A DNA stretch of 63,748 nucleotides, filler included, from Licmophora abbreviata (Eukaryota): assembly GCA_900291995.1 (NCBI GenBank). It is 11 parts of 11 records of this genome, joined end to end, with 100 filler letters (N's around TTAATTAATTAA, not from the genome) between each part and the next. Parts side by side here need not be neighbours in the genome. Positions count along the whole stretch, not along the records: positions 51,819 to 61,108 come from OLMU01000795.1; positions 61,209 to 62,613 come from OLMU01000797.1; positions 62,714 to 63,748 come from OLMU01000800.1; 8 more parts are not named here. One strand, written 5' to 3'. The notes under the pieces are model-generated. The model saw nothing but the letters and a program-made list of their open reading frames with translations. It searched no databases and was not told the origin of the DNA. Within the stretch, counting starts at the first letter, position 1; each line of letters opens with the position of its first letter. Shown in pieces: positions 58,823-63,748 of the stretch. The position numbers and the translations under genes are program-made.

Positions 58823-60343
58823 ATGCACCGCTCGATTTCAGGTTGGTGGTGCTGGTTCATGCTTCCTTCACTGTCAATACTTCTACTACCTGTACGACAA
58901 CCACAACAACAGCTAGGAGCCGCTGTTGTTTCCGCTGCCTTTCTTTCGACCTCATCATATCGTCGGAGCGGCATTAGTGTTAGAAGCAGTCGCGTCCCAT
59001 CCTTTCAAAGAAAACTGGCGTTTTCTACTTCTTTCACCGCCACAACTACTACTGCTGCTACTACGACTTCGAACGAAACTATGCCTACTACAACCACAAC
59101 ATCGAATACTGTGGCCAGCAGAATACGAGCACGGAAGGTAGTATCTCCAGACCAACTGGAGGCGTGTGGAGCTCGATTGCGCAATGGAGAGCTGGTGGCA
59201 TTTCCAACAGAAACTGTCTATGGACTTGGATGTCACGCCTTGGACCCATCCGCAGTCTCGAAAGTCTTTGCCGCAAAGGAAAGACCCCTCACAGACCCTT
59301 TGATCGTACATGTAACGAACGTACATGACGCGGAAGAACTGTGGGCGGCGGCAACCTCCAGCAATGAGGACGAAAGCAGCAGTCGAAGAATGGAAAGTCA
59401 AGTCTTGCGGGCCCTGTGCGACACATTCTGGCCCGGTCCACTGACCCTCGTGGCCAAGGCAGCACCGCTCGTGCCACCCATTCTCATGGCCAACACGGGC
59501 TTTGTGGCCTGCCGTGCGCCCTCGCACGCAGTGGCACGATCGCTCTTGGACCATGCGCGAGTACCGATTGCCGCACCGAGTGCCAACAAGTTTGGACACG
59601 TGAGTCCGACTCGTGCGGATCATGTCTACGATGACTTGAAGTATGAAGATGTGTGGATTGTGGATGATGCGGCATCCGAGGTGTGCCAGGTGGGAGTGGA
59701 GAGTACTGTGGCCAAGGTGGACTTTGATTTTGGTATTGCTACTGATGATCGTGATGCACCCCGTGAGCGGCACGGAAGAATAACCATCTTGCGACAGGGC
59801 GCCGTATCATTGGACGACATGAGGGAGTGTCTCACGAATGCAGGGCTAGGCGGTGCTTGTGAGGTCGTCTCGTCAACTCGTTCGGCCACGACCGAGGACG
59901 TATCCACGGTGTCTCCAGGACAACTCATTCGGCATTACTCGCCCAACATTCCCAGCTACATGATTTCCGATGAACGAGTGAAGGAACTGATGATGTCTCA
60001 TACTGAAGAGGACCGGGCTGCTGTTTCGTCGTCGGTCGTGATTGACTTTGGAGGACGCATGAGTGCTTGGAAGGATACTAAAAGTTCAGGGGGAGAGACT
60101 AGTGCTTCTGCGCTAGCTTATCGAGATTTAAGCGAGTCGGGTGATTCCGCCGAGGCAGCGCAGTCCGTCTTTGAGGCGCTGCGATGGGCCGAACAGGTCG
60201 CGGGTGCGACTCGGATACTCTTTCCCGAGCTTATTGTGAACGACGACAAAACAGATGCTCTGACACTGGCGTTGAAGGATCGTCTCGTGCGCGCAGCGAG
60301 TGGTGTCTTGCTTGAGAAGACTGGTGGGGACGTGGCAGCATGA
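58823..60343 (+). CDS. SUA5: Sua5/YrdC threonylcarbamoyl-AMP synthase with targeting presequence
   Basis: 'LVAFPTETVYGLG', 'AKERPLTDPLIVH', 'FWPGPLTLV', 'AAPSANKFGHVSPT', 'GVESTV', 'SPGQLIRHYSP', Sua5 C-domain 'LKDRLVRAA'. Start uncertain. Confidence 0.96.
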   Translation: MHRSISGWWCWFMLPSLSILLLPVRQPQQQLGAAVVSAAFLSTSSYRRSGISVRSSRVPSFQRKLAFSTSFTATTTTAATTTSNETMPTTTTTSNTVASRIRARKVVSPDQLEACGARLRNGELVAFPTETVYGLGCHALDPSAVSKVFAAKERPLTDPLIVHVTNVHDAEELWAAATSSNEDESSSRRMESQVLRALCDTFWPGPLTLVAKAAPLVPPILMANTGFVACRAPSHAVARSLLDHARVPIAAPSANKFGHVSPTRADHVYDDLKYEDVWIVDDAASEVCQVGVESTVAKVDFDFGIATDDRDAPRERHGRITILRQGAVSLDDMRECLTNAGLGGACEVVSSTRSATTEDVSTVSPGQLIRHYSPNIPSYMISDERVKELMMSHTEEDRAAVSSSVVIDFGGRMSAWKDTKSSGGETSASALAYRDLSESGDSAEAAQSVFEALRWAEQVAGATRILFPELIVNDDKTDALTLALKDRLVRAASGVLLEKTGGDVAA

Positions 60344-60407
60344 CAATGCTTGACGAGAGAGAGTCAATCGACTTTGTGTCGAAATACATACTTCTAGCTA
60401 GCCTTCA

Positions 60408-60914
60408 TCATTGTGACTGGCGTGATTGGTTCATCAGTATATCACAGACGCTCTTGGGATCATTGCAGTTAAAGACATAGGTCGTTGTTTCCTCATCGGT
60501 TGTTCCGTCTTTGGATCTCGTCCAGAGACGCACGGCCGGCCCATTCTTGGCAATGTACCCCACCTCGCCATTGAGATTGATCCGAATTCCCCATCCAAGC
60601 CACTCTTTCAGTCCATTCGTATATTCAATAGGCTCAGCGTGTTCAATTAGCGATTGCTGCAGCTCCACGCGAGTCGAACTGGAAGAGTATCCAAAGACAA
60701 TGGTGTCGTGAGTACTATCAATAGTACGTGAACAAGTGACGGAGTACTTCCAAAAAAAGGGAAGGAGAAACGGGACGAGCACCAGTGCCGGTAGAAACGG
60801 AGGGCGATACTCTTCATGATACAGAGTCCTCTCATTGTCTCCTCCTTCTCTTTCCAGAAGAGGCTCTTGCTGGTCAGCTGATGCAATGTCGTTGCTGTCC
60901 TGCGTCGTCGCCAT
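60408..60914 (-). CDS. Small single-TM protein with a 'GWGIR' PH-like domain
   Basis: TM 'FLPALVLVPFLLPFFW' followed by a beta-rich domain 'IEHAEPI...EWLGWGIRINLNGEVGYIAKNGPAVRL...YVFNCNDP'. Confidence 0.65.
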   Translation of the reverse strand: MATTQDSNDIASADQQEPLLEREGGDNERTLYHEEYRPPFLPALVLVPFLLPFFWKYSVTCSRTIDSTHDTIVFGYSSSSTRVELQQSLIEHAEPIEYTNGLKEWLGWGIRINLNGEVGYIAKNGPAVRLWTRSKDGTTDEETTTYVFNCNDPKSVCDILMNQSRQSQ

Positions 60915-61389
60915 GGTGATGTTGATGTATGTGTGCAGACAGAACAAGAAAACTCATGCTTGATCGCTTGTTTCGATTTGACCGAAGGAATCTTAGTGGA
61001 AGGAATCTCGCGAAACCTCTTTCGTCAAACATCTTGTCTTCCATGTTCAAAATTGAATTCGTGGTTCTCGTGCGTCGCGCCAACACTTCACAAAGGCGCA
61101 AAACCCCANNNNNNNNNNNNNNNNNNNNNNNNNNNNNNNNNNNNNNNNNNNNTTAATTAATTAANNNNNNNNNNNNNNNNNNNNNNNNNNNNNNNNNNNN
61201 NNNNNNNNGTTAGCTAGATACCATTATAAGTTTTCTAATCATATAATGGCAGTGCAATGGCCAATCTGCCAAGACGACAGCGCATCCCTCGCATACAACT
61301 CCCATACATATATCCCCTTGTGTATGAAGCATATGTCGCTTCAATCAGCCTTCCAAGATCCGGTACCATAATTCACGGATGGTCCCTCA

Positions 61390-61911
61390 TCAAGCACGTA
61401 ACTTGAACATGCCCTCCACCAGGGAAAAGGCCGAATGTATCGCACAAACCATAGCAATCAGTGAAAACTTGAAATTCCAAGCGTACAGAAAGACCCAGAT
61501 ACTCTGTGGCAAGTCACTCAGCAAATCGTCCAGAGCTCCGACCGTGTGCAGTCCGGAATTCTTTATGAACGGAATGGCATGGTGGGTTTGTAGTTGCCAT
61601 GCACAGTAAATAAAGTAAAGATCAATCGACATGATGATAACTCCTGTAGTGAGAAAGATGTATTTCAGAAATGATGCCTCTGCATCCTCGTGCAATGTCC
61701 AAACGACAGAGAGAAACGAGAGGGCGTTGATGACTTCCGGCCGGACTGCATGAATCTTTTGGCTTGTCGTCGTCGTAGCCGAACTCTGGCGATCTTGCCC
61801 GTCAATGACCAGGGAAGTGGGCAGTCCAGGGTTCTGTTCGACATCCAGTGTCAGCATTGAGAGGGCAGAGAAATCGTTTGTAGCAACTGGTGAGTAGCGG
61901 CTTCTCGCCAT
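61390..61911 (-). CDS. Unknown membrane protein
   Basis: 173-aa ATG ORF with about three hydrophobic segments; no recognised motif. Confidence 0.5.
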   Translation of the reverse strand: MARSRYSPVATNDFSALSMLTLDVEQNPGLPTSLVIDGQDRQSSATTTTSQKIHAVRPEVINALSFLSVVWTLHEDAEASFLKYIFLTTGVIIMSIDLYFIYCAWQLQTHHAIPFIKNSGLHTVGALDDLLSDLPQSIWVFLYAWNFKFSLIAMVCAIHSAFSLVEGMFKLRA

Positions 61912-62852
61912 GGCACACGAGCACGAAATACCTGAACTTTTGTTGTGATCTGAGATCTGCCGAGAGATCCATCAACCAAGCACTTTGAAAGTGTATATTC
62001 AATGTTCAGTGCTGAATAATTACACGGAATCTCAATTTGAAACTTTGTGATGGCGCGTCTGTGATAGTGTTTTGAATTTGTAGTTTTGGGATTCCGTCGT
62101 TGTTCGTAGAAAACCAACGTAGCATTTGTACCAAAATTTCAATGCGGGGTGACCACGAAGCCTATGGCACAAAAGGAAGAGAGGCTTGACGAAACAGCAA
62201 GAACTTGTCGTAGTTTCTTGCTCATTCGTTGAGAGTTTGTTGTCTGTGGGGGTGTGGAGTGTTGAAAGTGAGGTAAGAAGAGATATTTCGTGCGTCATTG
62301 TCGAGATGGGAATCGGAGTGCGCTCATTTTTTCCCTCCGAGGCGAATTTTGATATGTGGAGGAATCGTGGACCATGGCTCGTCTCGCGATTTTTTTGGGC
62401 ACTGGATGGGTGCCCCGTCTCACAAAATCAAGCCATCAGACCTTCAAATACAAACTTATGGTCGCTCCAGGACCCCCCACGACTTTCCCACGCATCCTCA
62501 TCGCCGTATGCAATGAAGACTGTCGCCGACTGTCAATTTGCGCCTGGATACCTTTTTGGTAGCATACAATCCGCGACAAATTCTAGTTACCGGCAGGGCG
62601 CAAAGAAATTCTTNNNNNNNNNNNNNNNNNNNNNNNNNNNNNNNNNNNNNNNNNNNNTTAATTAATTAANNNNNNNNNNNNNNNNNNNNNNNNNNNNNNN
62701 NNNNNNNNNNNNNCATGATCAAGTTGATCGAGGCAAAATCCCTGCGTTGTTGAAGGTCACCACGACACATGCAAAACGTCTCGAAGCACCTCCATAAGAC
62801 CTGGATTCGGGACTAGACTACGAAGTGCGTTTGAGAAGTTCCAGGAGTATAA

Positions 62853-63748
62853 GTGAAAGAGCCACTCGTTGAGCGCCTCTTTCATCCATTGAAACAGACC
62901 GGAACACGAGTTCGACCGAAGAACCTTTGGCGCGCATTTTGCTTTCAAGCGAAACTCATGTTTGAAGAGAGCACTCCTCCCAGGAAACAGTATCATCGCC
63001 CTGGGATCGCATCAAGATACTCCCCAGGCTCTCCCGACAGTCCTCCAGAGGGAGCATCGACTACGAGCGCGTCTGTCTCATCATCCACGAGCGAGATCAT
63101 GAACACGCCCGACGACGAACGCCTCGCACGACCCTATTTGAGGACGAACTTCGCGCGTGGATATGTCCCCCCTCGTTCGAATGATGGCACGCTATCGGGC
63201 CCTCCAAAAATCGACCGAACCAAGGACGCCTGGGAAGACGATGCTAGCGTTCCTTTTGATCAGAGAAGGGATGTCATGCCCGCTGCTCGCAACGATGCCC
63301 CTGACGATATTCCTGACGATGAAACATCTGGCTTTGGGGGGACTGGAAGAGTCGGCGCGAGTCCCCGTGTGACTACACCGCCCGCTTATGAGTACCATAC
63401 GCCAGACAAGGCCATCAAAACGTCTGGCAGCCCTATCCTTACTCACCCCGCTACAGAGTCTCCTCCGTCGCAGGACGACAGCTCCGTCTCGGACACGGAA
63501 GCAATGAGGAACAACAACAACAACAGGGCCGAAGAGCTGAACTACCACTCGGACGATGGCGATGATGATTACCCGCTTCCAAATCCAGAGGACGATGACT
63601 CTCTCTTCGATTTTGAAGAACAGCAGAACGTCACAACACGTTTGACCTCTCGTTTTCGCACGTCTCCTCCTCGTGCTAGAGTTATACGCGAAGAGTTTTC
63701 GGAGGACGACACATCCTTTGAAGACTACGGACCTGCCCGAAATGGCCC
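62853..63748 (+). CDS. Partial unknown acidic/disordered protein (runs off the window end)
   Basis: Stop-free frame through ATG 63099 (MNTPDDERLARPYLRTNF...DDGDDDYPLPNPEDDDSLFDFEE...) to the end of the window. 5' end unresolved. Confidence 0.5.
   Translation, partial: MKEPLVERLFHPLKQTGTRVRPKNLWRAFCFQAKLMFEESTPPRKQYHRPGIASRYSPGSPDSPPEGASTTSASVSSSTSEIMNTPDDERLARPYLRTNFARGYVPPRSNDGTLSGPPKIDRTKDAWEDDASVPFDQRRDVMPAARNDAPDDIPDDETSGFGGTGRVGASPRVTTPPAYEYHTPDKAIKTSGSPILTHPATESPPSQDDSSVSDTEAMRNNNNNRAEELNYHSDDGDDDYPLPNPEDDDSLFDFEEQQNVTTRLTSRFRTSPPRARVIREEFSEDDTSFEDYGPARNG

Noticed and set aside
3373..62713. TTAATTAATTAA palindrome recurring ten times (possible repeat array or piggyBac TTAA sites)
   Set aside because: It is always centred in an identical 100-nt N block, so it is an artificial six-frame-stop linker.
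1..63748. CRISPR arrays, rRNA/tRNA genes, transposase or reverse-transcriptase ORFs
   Set aside because: None was recognised by eye. A tRNAscan/Infernal/RepeatModeler run would be needed to exclude small elements.

Overview
This is eukaryotic nuclear DNA, not prokaryotic. It is gene-dense, with short GT-AG introns and bipartite 'AF/AW' plastid presequences (EF-G 'ATAFAP'), which points to a diatom or another ochrophyte. The window is a scaffold of 11 segments joined by ten artificial 100-nt N/TTAATTAATTAA/N spacers. About 33 protein genes can be supported. Recognisable genes: two GT31 and one GT32 glycosyltransferase, a PfkB kinase, prolyl 4-hydroxylase, a Skd3/CLPB-like AAA+ ATPase, guanylate kinase, METTL26, glucosidase II alpha, a plastid 2Fe-2S protein, POR, prefoldin 5, CK2 beta, plastid EF-G, a TRIC channel, Pumilio, MOCS3/Uba4, two RluA pseudouridine synthases, an Abitram-like protein and Sua5. 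No rRNA, tRNA, CRISPR array or transposon was recognised. The most notable items are: (1) a spliced fusion of the fatty-acid elongation dehydratase HACD to an uncharacterised Rossmann/YxxxK domain; (2) three paralogous type-I surface proteins next to GT31 and P4H genes; (3) three FYVE-ankyrin-RING paralogs; (4) a run of RNA-modification genes; (5) a recurrent CGCGACGC upstream motif. Family calls come from remembered motifs only; no database searches were run. Several single-base frame breaks are probably assembly errors.
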